NCBI GenBank assembly: GCA_040954595.2
Contig: CM082577.2
Location: 7,403,846-7,467,845 of the forward strand
Length of the DNA: 64,000 bases
DNA from: Balanoglossus misakiensis
Lineage: Eukaryota; Animalia; Hemichordata
Direction: 5' to 3'
This document shows positions 45,829 through 60,800 of this stretch, piece after piece. Under the pieces are notes generated by a model. It saw nothing but the letters and a program-made list of their open reading frames with translations. It made no database searches and was not told where the DNA came from. The position numbers and the translations under genes are program-made. Every line of letters begins with the position of its first letter. The first letter of the stretch is position 1.

Positions 45829-48800
45829 CTGAAATTAAAACAGAGAAATATATTGCATCGTTACAGCGGAATGTATTAGTTTCTTTCAGCCCGCCCTGTT
45901 TGACGGGATGAGCAAACATGCCCACAATAGAGTACATGTACATGTATATCAAATTGTACATTTGTCAAAAAGATTTCAGCTGAAGGAACCCTGCACAATA
46001 TATGCTATCTATTTCTCGAAAGACATAAACTGTTTTTTTTTCAGATGTAATTTAAAAAACCGAACCCCGGGAGCGTAGATTTCAATTGAAGTGACCACAC
46101 AGGGAGGGATGACGGTTATTAATGGCGATTGGTAATAAAGTTCACTTATACTGCATTCTCGATCATACATATATCACCTGCACGCACGCTCCCTTAAGCG
46201 AACAATTTGTTTGTTTGTCTTCCTCTTTGACAAGCCATTACAATTCAAACATTAGTTTTATCTCTACAATTCCACAAATAACATGTCTAAAAATGATGGC
46301 AACTGACGTAGGTGTTTGATACGCAGTGCCAACGAAGGCACTCGGGATTCCTAGTATCTTGAAAGTTTTCTGACAAGAAAGGTCACGTGATTTCTCTGTT
46401 AAACTGACGATGAATCGGGACAGATATATGCATTTACCAAAATCGGGGGTCGCGTCAAGTGGTATCATTAATTTTCTAGTTTATGTTTCATGTTCTCGCG
46501 TTATTCATAATATGCATTTGATACACTGGCGTTTATATTAAAACGGCCGGTCTCAAAGTGGTCGGCGTGGTTTTGATAAATCAGCGAAATTTATTACATT
46601 CGACAGTGACAGCGAAAGAAAATCGCCGCGCGTAGTATGAGGTCAACGTCGTTGCTATTAATTTGATTGTGAGAATCGATGGCGGTTCATCAGCGTTGAT
46701 TCTGACAAAATGTAATATCACGACAAAAGTGGATTATCAGTGAAGTTGACGACAAAATATGGCGGTGTAACCTACGGAGTATTTTTCCAAAGCCCTTTAT
46801 GGCTAATATAAAAAAAAAGAAATCAAATATTAGAAGAACAATTTCCAGACGCTTAAGAACGCTCCCACACATGCAATTGCTCCCACACATGCAATTGCGT
46901 AAGAAAAAGCCACAAAATACGGTCAACATCTCGACAGCGGACAGTCGAGGCAGTTTCGTAAACATGTTGGTCTCTATAGACAGATGGTCTTTATAAAAAG
47001 GTACATTAATGCACATGTAAATTGCACAGGGACTGTAAACAGTACGTTTCCCATAGGAGTGGCCACTACGCATTGCAATGCAGCCGACATAATTGCGGCA
47101 AGCTTGATACTGCAAACGACTTTAAATCGTGCATTGTTTAATCTAAAGGTGGGCAACGACGGTTCCACAGATTCTTGATCTATGGCCTACACACGCGGAT
47201 TTGACACAACTAGTTTGCACATTTGAGGTAATCACAACAGCGACCATGTACGAGTGTACGATCTGTATCAAGTTTGCTTTAATCAATTAAGTGCAATGAA
47301 CGCGCGTCGTTCTAGTGTTACGCGCAGTAATGTCCAATATCAATCGCTTCCGCCGTCGACATCGATATCGTAAAACGTCCCTCGTCTTATATTCCCGAAC
47401 ATTGAATAAATTCATCAGAGTAATTGCCTTGCGTTTCCTTGAAGACTGGCATGAGAAAAAAAATGGCAACGACACTGGGCGGCTTACAAACACTCGTCAT
47501 ATTTATCTGTTTGGCGCGGCCGCGTCTCGCAAGAGACCAGGGGACGGAATAGTCAGCGTATAAAACCGACAGATGAAATGATCGCACTGATACGCGTAAT
47601 CGATCAAATGAAACGCGTACGCTTTTGAAATGTTGACATGTATCAAAATGCCGCTATTCCAAGAGATATTGACCGCCACGGCGCTGTCATATAGAGGTGA
47701 CCTATTTGAAATATCGCCGCATTGATCACATTGTTTTTGCAAGGAAATTCATCTGTAATATATATACATACATATATCTAAATAAACACATTATCTCCAG
47801 CATATTAACGTTGATGAATTGTATTAGGTCTCTAAAATCACACGCAAAGCAGTGTAAGTTTTCTCAATTTATATCGAGCCCATAATTTTTGTCTTCAAAT
47901 TACACAAGGTGTAGATAAAAAATGCCATCAATTACAGGCATATGTTATATTCTCTCTACGTGGCGTTTCCAAAACGCCGATATACGGTAATTCTCGATGT
48001 TAATTTCCGGAGGAAAGTCTATTTCAGGAGAAATGTTCTTTCAATCAATCATTCAAGTGTTTTACGACGTCAACTGAAACTGACAAATGCATTCTTACAC
48101 CAATAAAGCACAAATTCCACGCAATTTGGATATTGAAGAAACGAGGGATGACGCGCGCGGCTTACTTGGAAGCCACGTCCAAGTTGCAACTGCGCGCGAA
48201 GCTGAGACTTGGTGAATCGGTTGGTGCTCGTGTGTGTCCAAGAGGGACAGACGCGACGTCGTTAACAAATCGAACACCCCCCCCCCATCGTTTGTACGAA
48301 TCGACGACATACTGGTCCACCGAGATATATATATATATATGTTAATACTATCATTTCTATGCATTGGGTTTTGAGCCTCAGACAATGACAAGCGTTTGGG
48401 GCAAACGGCAACTTGAAAGCCCTTACCCCGGGCCTCTGAATCAGATTACATTTTAGCTTGAAGGAATATCGGGAGAATGATGAGGAAGGAAATGACCATG
48501 GCTGAGTAGCCGATATAGATGGGCCATCACAATTTAGAATAGCAGAAAGCGCTGGCTGGCAGTCACCTTGAAATTTGTGTTCTTCTTTGTTGTATAAATG
48601 AAGAAGTTCTGTCATATTTTTTATATGATGTCGAATACCTAAACGTTGGAATGTTATCCAACTCGCCGATCCCAACACGAGCAACAACTGAAACGTCAAA
48701 TCCCCCCCCTCCCACCCGCGACGCCCGATGGATTCCAATTACTGGAGTTCACTGCCAAATTGCATATGATATCAACAGAGGCACGGATACAAAAAACTAC

Positions 48801-51800
48801 ATTTTATGCAGTCGAGCTCTGTTCGTATATGATTGATCGTCTTTGATGCTAACACGGCTGATGTAGTCCATTAAAAGCAACTCATACATTGGTCGAAGCA
48901 TAATTTCAATGGGAATGTTAGCTTCCAATTATCACAGTGGGCGATATCTAATAGTCGTGTCTTTCTCATCACTGTTTGTTCAAAAGTAAAAGCTCCTTTA
49001 CGTGCAGCTCTATACATGTGTTTTGTTATACCTAGACAGATTGCAATCTTAGTTCAAGGGGTTTTTCCTTCCCTGGTGATTACAGAAAATAGCTCGCGAG
49101 GGTCGGAGGGAGTCTTGTTTAATTCTGTCTGATTTACCGAATTGGGGTTTCCGAGAGACGGGTCTCCATTAAAAAACACATTAATTCGGTTGGATGCTCT
49201 TTGATGGGCAAAAAAATCAGGAGGCTTCTTTTCTTGTTTTAATTTGAGCCTTTCTTGAATCGATTCGCCCATCCTCTCTATCCGTCGTCTTTAAATTAAA
49301 AATCAAGCTTCTGTTGTTAACATAGGTCTGCGCACACGGCACAGCCAGCTGCGGGCGGCTAAATATTTCCCGCACTGCGCATGCCCTCCCACCTGTCCCT
49401 GACATCTACCACCACCAAGGGCTATACATGTATACACAGACGTACACAACCTACAGCCCCACCCATGCGGATATGCGTCCAGTTTATTCAGCACACACCC
49501 ACCCCTCCGTCCATCTGTCGACCACAACGAAAGACCTTCCGACCGCCTGTCCGCCACAGCCTCTCCAAATCCTATAAGAGAATGTCTCTCTCTGACACTT
49601 CGCATCGCCCATATCGACACCACCAACATTCAACCTACACGACCCTCTCAAAACACGTCGAGGGACAATGGAAATCAATGCGTATACATGTACTAGCATC
49701 CACTTTACCGACTGGCTCAATCCACGCAACTCACGTCTCAGTCAAACCATTTACAAAACAGGATATACTGTAAAACATTTCGCCAACCAACATATTTACA
49801 TCCATTCAAATGAACGTGTTTGCTACTGGCGGTTCTTCAGTAAAAAGACTTGAACTTGGGGGGAAAAAATCACCGCCATTGTAATGCGCAGGGGGTTCGA
49901 CTCTTTACACTAATAACCGCGCGGCCAAATTGACACGCGCTAACGAACATGGCATTTACTCCGGGTCGCCGTGACCCCGATGGAATTTTTTGATGAATAC
50001 TTATTCATTTCACACTCGGATGTTCCTTCAGTAAAAGACAATCTGGCGACGTTCAGCGCACGAGAGGGTTGGCGGGCTCACTCTCGCTGTTTTTGAAATC
50101 TCGCCGACTGCACAGTATCGCTTTATTTTCTCCAAGTTGTACATGCACCTATGGACACCGCGAGCGTCAATTTCTTTTCTTTCTCACCAGGCCGCAATTA
50201 AAACGTCACCATGGCAACGCTCACCGGGGTACGCACCACTCGGCTGCCCGACTGCATCTTCGGAGAAGATTACAACGGCAGGGGAGAGGCTACTCAGCGC
50301 CGAGCAGATGAGATTCTGTTTCAGCCCAGGGCTAATACATCTAACACGCGAGGTGAATTGATATCGTCTCCCTACGTCAGTTTTATAAAATGCCGAAATA
50401 AGATGTAATGAAGAAAACGAATATTTGATACCGATATGTGGCTCGTGGAAAGATACTTTAGGAGCTGCTGTCACGTAAACAGATTGTGATACGTACCATG
50501 CAGAATACGCCATTATTTATCTCCTTATCTTTAAGGCACGCAATGGCATAGCTAGTCAACCATCCATCTATCCACCGATCTAGCTAGCCATTTGTTCATT
50601 TGTCCCACCGTCCATCCATCCACACACACAACCACAAACACCCAAACCCAAACCCATCCATCCATCCATCCATCTATCCATCAATCCATCCATTCACTAA
50701 TCTACTAATTACTGTACTCCATATTTATATTATTGATCACATTTTTATCTAGATGTAAGTGGCACCAAGACCTAGTACCTTAAGGGAGAGCTTGGACTGT
50801 CCTCTCATGAATTTCTTATCCTGATATCCGAGTAAACTGCCATCTCAAAACATACAGTAACAATCTATAAACACCCTCGATACAAAATAAAATGCAGCTA
50901 GCTTGTAATTTTGTTCTCTCCACGAGGAGCAGAGAATTACAAAACCATCGGTATACATTTCAGGATCGATGCCATCGATCTTCGCTGCGCAGATCGTTAT
51001 CTTTCGAGAGCGAGTGGCTCACGTGAAGACATTCCGTTTAAAACATTAAACCGTAAAAAGCCAACATTCGCTAAGGGTGACTGCATATCTATGGGGAGAC
51101 AAAATCTTTTAACTAGACAAGATGTCGCCGTTTTGAAAAAGAACGCTTCAGGTAGTTAAAAGATAATGCAGTATATCGTTCACTGGGATTCTATCACATT
51201 TTAACACCCGTGTCTTTAAAAAAAAACATCGCGAGAAAAGTGTAACATGATGTGAACGCGACCGTACTGCACGTAGACATATAAGCCTTCATCGAATTTG
51301 CATATGTCTAATTATGGCTAAATTGGGTGTGTCCAGTCTTGGTGGCATCCAGGTGAAATCCTGCGAGTGGCCCGGATGTAATGTATCCGTGGACACATTA
51401 AAGGTGGTCGTGACCTTCACCCACTTAAAGTTTGATCTTACATGTAGTCCAACACCAACATCACTGTTACTCGGCGGTTGAGCGTGAATCTTTGCAGTTA
51501 TAGTATACGCAACATATGCTTATTCCAGAAAATAGAACTGCGTAATGCGAAAAGACAGGTGACCAAAATAACGTTCGAAAGATAGCAACTTTGTCTCGTT
51601 AATCCAACTACCAATCACAGGGCTAATCGCGGCCACTGTCATATTACCGCTAACCAATCCCATTCGTCCATTCCGGCCGGCAGATAAACGCCACATCCCT
51701 CTCCCTCTTTCATTCCAAGTCAGGAAATTGGTCCCAAACCAGCCATACCAGGGTCCGCTGTCTGCAATTTACCGGTTTCGTTTAATTTCCCGTTTCTCTT

Positions 51801-54800
51801 CGTTGAAACGCAATGGCTCTGGCCTAGACACGGTGGCGCTCTGTATCAACTACTGGTTCAACGGGACGTCGTGGTCGCAGCGCTAATGGGGATAATGCCT
51901 ATAATTTCCGAGAAATCATTACCCATGCAACCGGTGACGTTATTGTTTCCATAATAGCGGCGCGGCCAGCTTCAAATTCATTTTCTGTGTCTTCGAACTA
52001 GCCACGTCTTACACGTATACTCTGTTGAATATGGGTTTCTCGATACGAAAATATGGTAAAATACCATCATCATGTTTCTCAATTAATAAAGTACCCAAGA
52101 TATTCTAACACCACCGTTTATTGTGTGACTGGCTGACAATATGTTGGGGAGGGGGATACATGTGTGTGTGGTGTACTGCCTATTTTGGGCGCCAGTGGAA
52201 GAAAATATACTGACGTCGATCGGTTAATCGAGTTTGAATTGGTTGTAAAGCTTATAATAACTCTCAATTTATGGACTTTATATCGAGTTGACTGACGGCT
52301 CTGATTTAGTTCGTCATTTCTCGTTACAAAATTCGTCTTGATTTCAGTCGTGATGACGTCACTTGTTTAAATCACAGACAAATGAGACTTCAGCTAAACT
52401 CACTCCTTCTCAATCAGGAAAGTTTACGCTGCGGCCATTTTTTTTTCAGGGGTCAAACCCAATACAGGTTTCCGCAATTAAAATCACTGTTTGCACGAGT
52501 TGCGAAGTTTAAGGGATAGACGATTCTCGACGCGACGACCCTCGCGGGACAGCCCGCTGTCTGGCAGCGACGGAGCTGCTCTCGGCCTGTGTAGGTCGCA
52601 GCCGGCAGGTGCCGTGCTTTGAAACTTAATTTCTAATCACTGACAATTGACAAAGAAGCGACTTCACTTCAGTTAGAAACGTTCTTTGAAAACCATTTAG
52701 CACGCTGATGGGCACAGAAGGGTTTCGCGTCGGCAAAGAGCGACTGTATAACACCACTACTCGACAGACTCTGCGGCTAATCAGTCTCGCTTCTCATATT
52801 GATGTATTAAGACTTGTTTTTTAGCTCTTCAGTAATCGCTCAAAGTAGTGTCAACGACCCGAAACAATCGTCGAAGGACAATTTCGCTCGTTAGCGCCGA
52901 GCAGTGAGACTTTCACGGACAATTTCTTTCCCCCGCCCCGTCGCTTGTTTATGGCAACAGCGTGGACGAGCGTGTCTAAATGCCGTGTGCACTGCCGGAG
53001 TTGGCGATAGTTTCAGGGTAGCTGGTTAAGTTACGTCAGTGATCCTTCATCTATCTTCAGATTTAACGCACACCTCTGAATTACAACACCAAGAATGCCA
53101 ATGTTTCAATCAGAAAGTGATCGTGCGCGACATTCGTAATTGGCGCGGGCCTCATCTTTATTTTATTTGTACTGCAGCAGCGCCTTTTAGAAAAGTGTGG
53201 TTGAATATTTTGTATACAGGCATCAATCCATGTATACAGTAGTCTGTAAATATTGCTCACTCAGGGTCTTCAACGCAGACTGGTGAAATGTACTGATAAG
53301 TTTGAAACCTGTTCTCGATTTTCGTCACGGATTACAGTGACTGGTGTGCAATCCAACGGTCTTAACACACCGGGTAGGGACATTTACAATCGATTCTGAG
53401 AGTGTTCCTTGAGAGGTGATCTCCCAGACGTCGTTTGTGCATTTCTCACGGTGGCAAATTAAAGTGCACGGGGAAATAGAAATCAAGCCAAGTGCATCAA
53501 TCAGGGTTTTTTTGTCATCACTTAGTAACTCCTGTCGGGCTGGCACTGAAACGGCGCGGATGGGAATGCGAGAGATCTCACGGCTCTCGTCTGCCGTGCA
53601 ACTCGTGCTGTCGCATGAAATGCTAGTGTCCCCGTAGAGGTTAAGTCACCTTTGTGACCTCGGCTACCCAAATTCCTTTTTTTTTGGATGATATACGGGG
53701 ATTGTGTTGAACACGGAAATAGACGCTGGGTTATCACAGTGCTTGTAGTCACGGATGAAATATTAATGCTATATGCATATAATGTGTAACGCTTCGCCCA
53801 CACGTCTTCCATCACCCTAAAAGTCGTTTTTGATCGAAATGACTTTGACATTAAATCAGCATTTAAACGTCAAGTAGTACGCAATCACCCATAAACTGTA
53901 AATCGTTCTCAGCGGTTCCGATTGGCGTCTAGGAAATTAGTTACGTCTTATTTGAGAACGCTAGGCCGCGGGTAATTCTGCGTGCTTCGTGAGCGTCGGC
54001 GTGCATACGTCACTGTTGGGACTGGAGACGGGGGGACGAGGCTGGGATACGGTTACAGGAATTGATCGCGGGATTGCTTACAACATGCAGACGTCAGAAA
54101 TGAATCTCGCCGTGCGGCATGCGGTAGACCATAGATAATCGTCGAACGATCGGGGAAATCGGTAGACAAGGCGAACATTGCAAATATAATTGACTAATGG
54201 GTCTGTCGGTCGGCCTGACTGTCTGCATGTCTGTTTGTCAGTCAGTCAGTCTGTCTGTCTGTCTGTTTGTCTGCCTGCCTGCCCAACCGCCCGCCATCCT
54301 GCCATTCCATCTGCACTAATTTTTCTGCTAGACTATTGGTGTAAAAAAACTACACTTTCAGGGCAAACGATAAACGCGTTAAAGGGGGTAGATGACGTCA
54401 CATGAATGCATGCACGCTGTTGCTAAAGTCTTCAACGTGAAGAAATTCGATTAAATATCAAACGGTGACAACTGTTGAATTTAGTGTATGATGGTGTCAG
54501 AATTGCCTACTTTGGGAACATCTTCTGACTTGGCCGGGTTGTAAAGCAAAAGCGAGTGTTTAAAAGTCAATTTAACTCTCCGATAGTCACGGGGGTATAG
54601 CCACGCGTAATTGCGTCAACTGTTGCAGCACTCAAAAGAAGGCGCTCTCACTCAACAAGTGTGATTGTAATGAACAGAACATTTCTTGTACATCGCGCCG
54701 CAAGTATTTTAACAGATCCAACAGGTAGCCCCACCGTGGCCTCCCCCACCCCCAATTTGGATAGCCCCGCGGTTTAATGCCGATTTGGAGAGGACATGCC

Positions 54801-57800
54801 TTGATTACTCGGGGTGACCTAACTCGGCCGACCTACATATTGCAAACAATACCCGCAGACTGCTTCAGCGTCTGTGGGGGGAAAAATTAAGCAAGCGGAG
54901 TGGCAAATTGCTTTAAGTGCTTGCTACACGCTCTGCTGCCGTGCATTTCCCCCCTGATAGATGCCTTGATGCAATCGACTGGAATCGTTCTTTCATCGTC
55001 GCTGCACTTGGACACTCTAATGGAAAGGCAAACTCTGAGACAGTGTAATTATTCTTCAGATATTGTGATACAAACCCCGGGCGTTCTCGTCCCACCTTTA
55101 AAGCCCCCGGAGCTGCCACTGATTTTGCAGTATTTTTTATGTTTAAAACTTGGATTCATGGGACTACAAAATCAACTTCTTATTAAGGCTATGCAATTAA
55201 ATGTGAACAAGGAAATTAATAAATGAGTGTCGCACCCGTTTACTCAGCTGTTCTTGGCGCGGTCGCATATATTGTGCATGGCGTCCTTTAACTGTAGACA
55301 CCCACAACACTTCACTTCGGCTCACGTCGTCAACTTTGATTAATGCCAGCGCATCGTGTCAGCGATTTGAACATAACATTCAATTACGGTGACAAATCAC
55401 GCAGGCGTTCTCATTTGTAAAGATGACGGATTTGTTTACGACGACAGATAATTGGCGACAAATTCAGCCACTATGAAGATATGCCATTCCCGCGCTGATA
55501 AAGCTTACAATCCTGGCTCAGTGAACATCTGCGCTTCGGGGCGTCCTTTTTAAAGGTATGGCGTGACTTGTGATGAGAGTCAGTAAACAATGGGCATTGT
55601 TGAGGCAAAATATTTCCCCCATTGAAGTGTAAATAGTGAAAAATCGCTGGTGACAGTCCCTCTCATTTGTTAGGACTGACCGCCGGAGGCTCACCTGTTT
55701 AGAAGTTCGGCTCAGAAAACAAACAAAGCGAGTCAGTGTCATCGCTGTTGGTCGTCAAAAAGTTGTTCACTTTTAGGTGCCCGCCTTCTTTAAAAAAAAA
55801 ACTATTTTTTACATAAGAAGTCCACTGACTCATAGCAAGGGAAAGTCTTTACAAGACATTATCTTGGAATCAACACGTTGTTGGTTCGGTGTTAACAACG
55901 GCCAGGAGTATGCAATTTGGGTCACGCTGGGTATCTGTTGTTACCGAGGGCGTAAAGACCCATTTCTGGTGTGAATGAAACGCTCCACATCTATTGGACA
56001 CGGTGTATGATTTGACGAGAATGTAAAATGTGAAATGTTCTTTAGGGTGAGAGAGTTATGGGGGAGGGGAGGAGGGGTGAATTGAGGAAATTTGGGGTAG
56101 CATGACCCTCCCTGATTCCTCTGGCCCGCCGTTCAATGATTCCAAATACGACAAAATTAAGAGGGTCAGAGAAATAAATAAACAGACAAACAGACAGACA
56201 TAATAGACAACATATCCCCATGTCTTTCTAACAAGTTATTATCTCATGAGTCTATAACCTTCGTTGACCTCAGAACATATTACGTTACCCCAGAAAGGTC
56301 GTAGGCACACCCCTGTGCCTTTGCTCATTGGGGCGGGGCCGGACCAACCAAATAAAAAGTCTAACCAGTTTTACGCCCTCTCTGGGTTTTGATTAACGCG
56401 CGCCAATGTGTTTGTTTGCTTGTCAGAGATTCCGCGGCAACTTGGTACACACAATTTGGCAATCACAAGCATGTAGTCTGTATTACAGATGCAGACGGCG
56501 TGATGGTTATAAATGACGAGATTTGCACAGTCCCCGCATCACAATGCTGCGATTAGACACGAGTATAGCTTCGACGTTGGGGCAAAAAATAAAGAATATT
56601 GATCATCTTTCACCCAAGTCTCAAGTACGCTTAAAATGCACAGAGCGAGAATAACCGAATGATCAATGATCGTGACAACGCATAGACGCTGAATTTCAAT
56701 GTTGCGCCATCAGTTACAAGTTTATCTACAACGAAGGAGCGGTGCAATCAATATTAATCACGGTTTTTCCGTCAACTCTCGGTGTTCGCTGGCAAGTGTC
56801 AGAAGTACGTGGCAAAATGCGGTTTTAAATAACGACACGGCGGTGATAAAAAGGACGTCGTACTTTCCGCCGCGCGAAGAATGATTGAAGAGGTTATCAT
56901 CACCCAGTTCTTTCTTTTTGTCACCAGATATCTCTGCTCGATAAAAAAGCACGGTTACGTTACAAAACTCTAGCCCAGCAGGTGGTATAAGAGACAATTA
57001 CGTTTGGAGTATATGTATTTGAGGAGTGAATGAGAAACAACCAAAACCGGTATATGGTCAGCATTTGGCACATCATGCGAGTGTGGTGCCCTAACTGCAT
57101 GCAGTGTGTTGACGGGTTTTCACATTGCCACAAAACACTAAGTAGTAATTTCAATAATACAACTCGCGCGTCTGCTATGTTTAGGTATCGTTGATCGAAA
57201 AGATTATCGTTATTTAGTACTGCGTCCTTTTAAAGAAGGGCGTGTCGCCGTTGCCTGTTGGTCGCAATTCGTTGTAGCCTATAGCCAGGGTACACATAAG
57301 TCCATAACTGCAGGCAATCGCGGTGTGCATTGCATCATTGCTACACCCAAACCCGAATGAGCGCCCCCTTCTGAAATAAAAAAACCGCCATGCATTTGAA
57401 ATACCATTAGAACCGACATGGATAATTGATTTGTTTTCGGCATTTTAGGGTAGGCATTGCACGGGAGCACTGAATTCGAACTTCTCCAGCAAAACAAAGT
57501 GGGGATCACAGTGGTTCACACATAGCAACATTTAGACACAATGCACCGCCGCTACAGCAGATGAAATATAATGAGTCCGATCGAGAAGAAATATATCATA
57601 ATATCAATATCTGTCAATAGAGTGTGCGGCTGTCCATCACGAATGCGAAAGAAGAAGAAATTCATCCCGCTGTCTGACAGGCCCCTGTGACCTCCAGAAA
57701 CACATGGTGCTGACGAGAGAGCGATTTCTCGTTCTCTCGATCAATATTTGTCTTTTCAGACTATTTTTTACCCGCCGCTATGCAACCCTTACAATACTTG

Positions 57801-60800
57801 ACACGTCGTAAACTTTTTACGCTGCACGGCGGAATTCGATATTCACAACAGTCGATGAGTGAATCCAATTCACTCGCATTCATCAAATTCGATAATGCGC
57901 CCGTGCATCGGCTTGGTGGCATTTCACTGGCGCGGCGGTGTGTGTAGGAACTGAGTCGGGGCCGACAAAAAGTTGACGACGTGAATGCAGCCGTGGACAT
58001 ATGAATAACAAGAAAGGCAAATGGCCCATTTAAGCGCTGAAACGCCGCTTAATTGGTCCCCAATCACGCAGCAAAGGGCAGTGTGTTCGCACAACCACGC
58101 TTCCGGTTGGCGTCTGGAATTACCCGCCCGGCACAATGGTTAATGGGACTTCAGGGTTGTTAACACGGCAGAGTTAGACAAATGTTTTTTCTTCCTTTTT
58201 GCATATTACAGTTCGGGTCCGAATCTCAGTCACAGTTGCAAGCGACATCGCTTCGTTCTCTGTCAAAAAATAAAGAGTGGCCATCCATCAAAGTCGAAGA
58301 TGGCATTCACCGTTCGCTTGGCTCTGAGCAAAGACGGACAGCGCCAGGTATACAGTGGCGCGATTGTCTTCCCGCCTCGCGGAGATTAGTCGTCCACCGC
58401 GCCGACGCTTGTAAAGTTCACCTCGGGTGACTGGAGAATAGTATTTTTTTTCTTTTTCTTTTTAAAACCACTCGCTATTGGGAGCAATGAAATCCAGAAA
58501 CATGTTTACATCGATATTAAACACTCAGTTCCACATCGCCAGTCAGGCGGAAAAACAATATGGAGGTAGGTACGTCAAAATTGCGCGGGATGTCTGAGTC
58601 ACGACGAGAATGGCATTTAAAAAAGTATGCACGGTTAAATAATACTTGTACATCACAAGGCGTGATAAGTTAACTAGTGTTGGAATTAAACTAATCCATA
58701 TGTAACTTTCGGAATTTTTATTACATGTAAAATGCCAACTGCATTTTGATGTTCTACTCCCTACTCATGCCAAATTACCCAGAGTTCCGCTTTTTAAACA
58801 TAATTGTATTACAAGTTGTATTCAATTTTCATGCTGCCTGCACGGTATAGAGGGCACCCAGCTTTGTGGAGATGACTAAGAAAACGTGGTTAGAGACACA
58901 AAAAACTACTGAAAAACAACAAAAGTTTGAACGAACCGGAAATGTGACTAGGGGCCAGTCCAACCGTAAAACAGTTCCAGCCATAGCAGCGACGCTGCGC
59001 GCGCATGTCTCAGTTTTAATCTTGTACATGTACATGTACTTAGTCTAGTAGTTTTTCTTTGTCGTCCGACGTCTCGCCGTTTGAAATTGTTTGTAGTTTC
59101 TATTATTTCCTACTCGGTGACCACAGAAGCATTTACCGATTAGGAGACGCTTGCCGACTTTCTGTAGTATGGGCCGACATGCAAACTTTGAGGTACACGT
59201 TTTTTTTTAGTCGGGAACAATTCCTATGTACTTTCTGATACTTAAGATGCATCACGTCCTTGCCCCGCCGTGTTGAAACCGACAAACATGTCTGAGAAAC
59301 GTACGATGACGCAATTCTCCCGTTGGTAAATATTCTTCGTTCAATTTCTAATATTTTCTTCGCGCATAACAAATATCCACCTAATACACCGCACGCTGAG
59401 AAAATGGCATTTGCCGATGCATCAAAACCAATATCGCATGGAAGTCTCGCGGCATGATGAAATCAATACATAACGAATGAATTTTTTTCCAGTTATGGTA
59501 TTCGTTCATTAAAAAAAACGGCGAGTAAACTGAATCGATTGCGTGCAACATGCGATTACCGATGTGAATGGCCCGTGGGCGTGCCTCCAAGTTGCTGAAG
59601 GTATCCATGATATATCGTTGGAAAAACTTATTACAGGTTCCCTGGATCGTAAGATCTTCGCGACGGGTACGCGTGAATAAAATTAAAAGATTGATCGTTT
59701 CTAAGGGAAGCCCCGCAAAACATCAGGGGCTCACCGAAAATTCAGCCTCGGCCTGTTTCGATGCTTGCCAAGTAGTATAGTGTCTCTGATTGAGCTTAGG
59801 GCCGCAAAAACGCACAAAGAAAGTAAAGCCTGAAATGGCACGACATGGGACATTTGATTTCTGAACACGATTAGTAATTGGAAGATGATGAAGAATATCG
59901 CTGCACTTTGTAATCAGTTCAATTATCCCTTCCTGCTGCATACGATAAATTAGTGAAGTTACGACACAAATCGTAAAGAACGCACGCACAGGGAATACGT
60001 GCGTTGACATACAAACTGCGAATTGTCCCCACGCGACACCGCGAACACACGCGGCAAAATTAATCTCTGAGCACTTTCTGGCATTAATGGGATCTAAAAT
60101 ATATCGCAGGTAATATAATTGTCGTTATTTTTTTTATTGCCATCGGTAGATCCTGCGACAGATGAAGTGTTTATAACGCTATGGCGGTGTCCATTTCTGG
60201 TGTGTGCGCGTATAGCGCGCCTGTGAATGCAAATATCCTCCCGGTTTCGGAAGCGCTTGACATCGAAATTCCAAGATCATCGCGCGCAACGGAGTGCGTA
60301 GCCGAAAACGAAGGGTTCCACAGGGGGATTACGCAAACCGTCTAGCAGAAACGGAGTATTCACTATTCAAAAAATAGAAAGGATCCTCTCTTAATGCGGC
60401 GTTTTTTGTGCACATAGAGAAAAAAAACTTTTGGATTTATTCATAGAATCGAAATCCCAACTGTCGCGGAGAACGCGACTCGCCATCAATCACCGCGAGC
60501 ACTTTCTCGATCAAACAAGCAAGCGGCGTGGAAATTACACGGTGTTGACGGAAAATTCCCCGCGGATCTCATTGACTCGGGATTGTTATTTCCCCGATAT
60601 GAAGAGCAGCCAACGAGACACATTTCATTAGGGAGCATGGAAACAGTTATAAGTTCACCCACTCCCGCACAAAGATCAAACGGACATCCTGTTTGCAGAG
60701 CACCGAGTAAATTGGTAGCACCTCTGCCGGAGTCCTTTCTGACGCCTTGTGGAGTAATAAATCAAATGGCACTCCGTTAAACAAGGAGAGTTATATATAT

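Noticed and set aside
48166-48201. Candidate upstream cyclase exon (ASRAVATWTWLP) with AG and GTAAGC ends
   Set aside because: It ends in phase 1 while the next exon needs phase 0, and similarity to the expected ...WNxPMISY segment is poor.
49054-49272. 72-aa minus-strand ORF as an alternative first exon
   Set aside because: No signal peptide, no convincing donor site and no homology.
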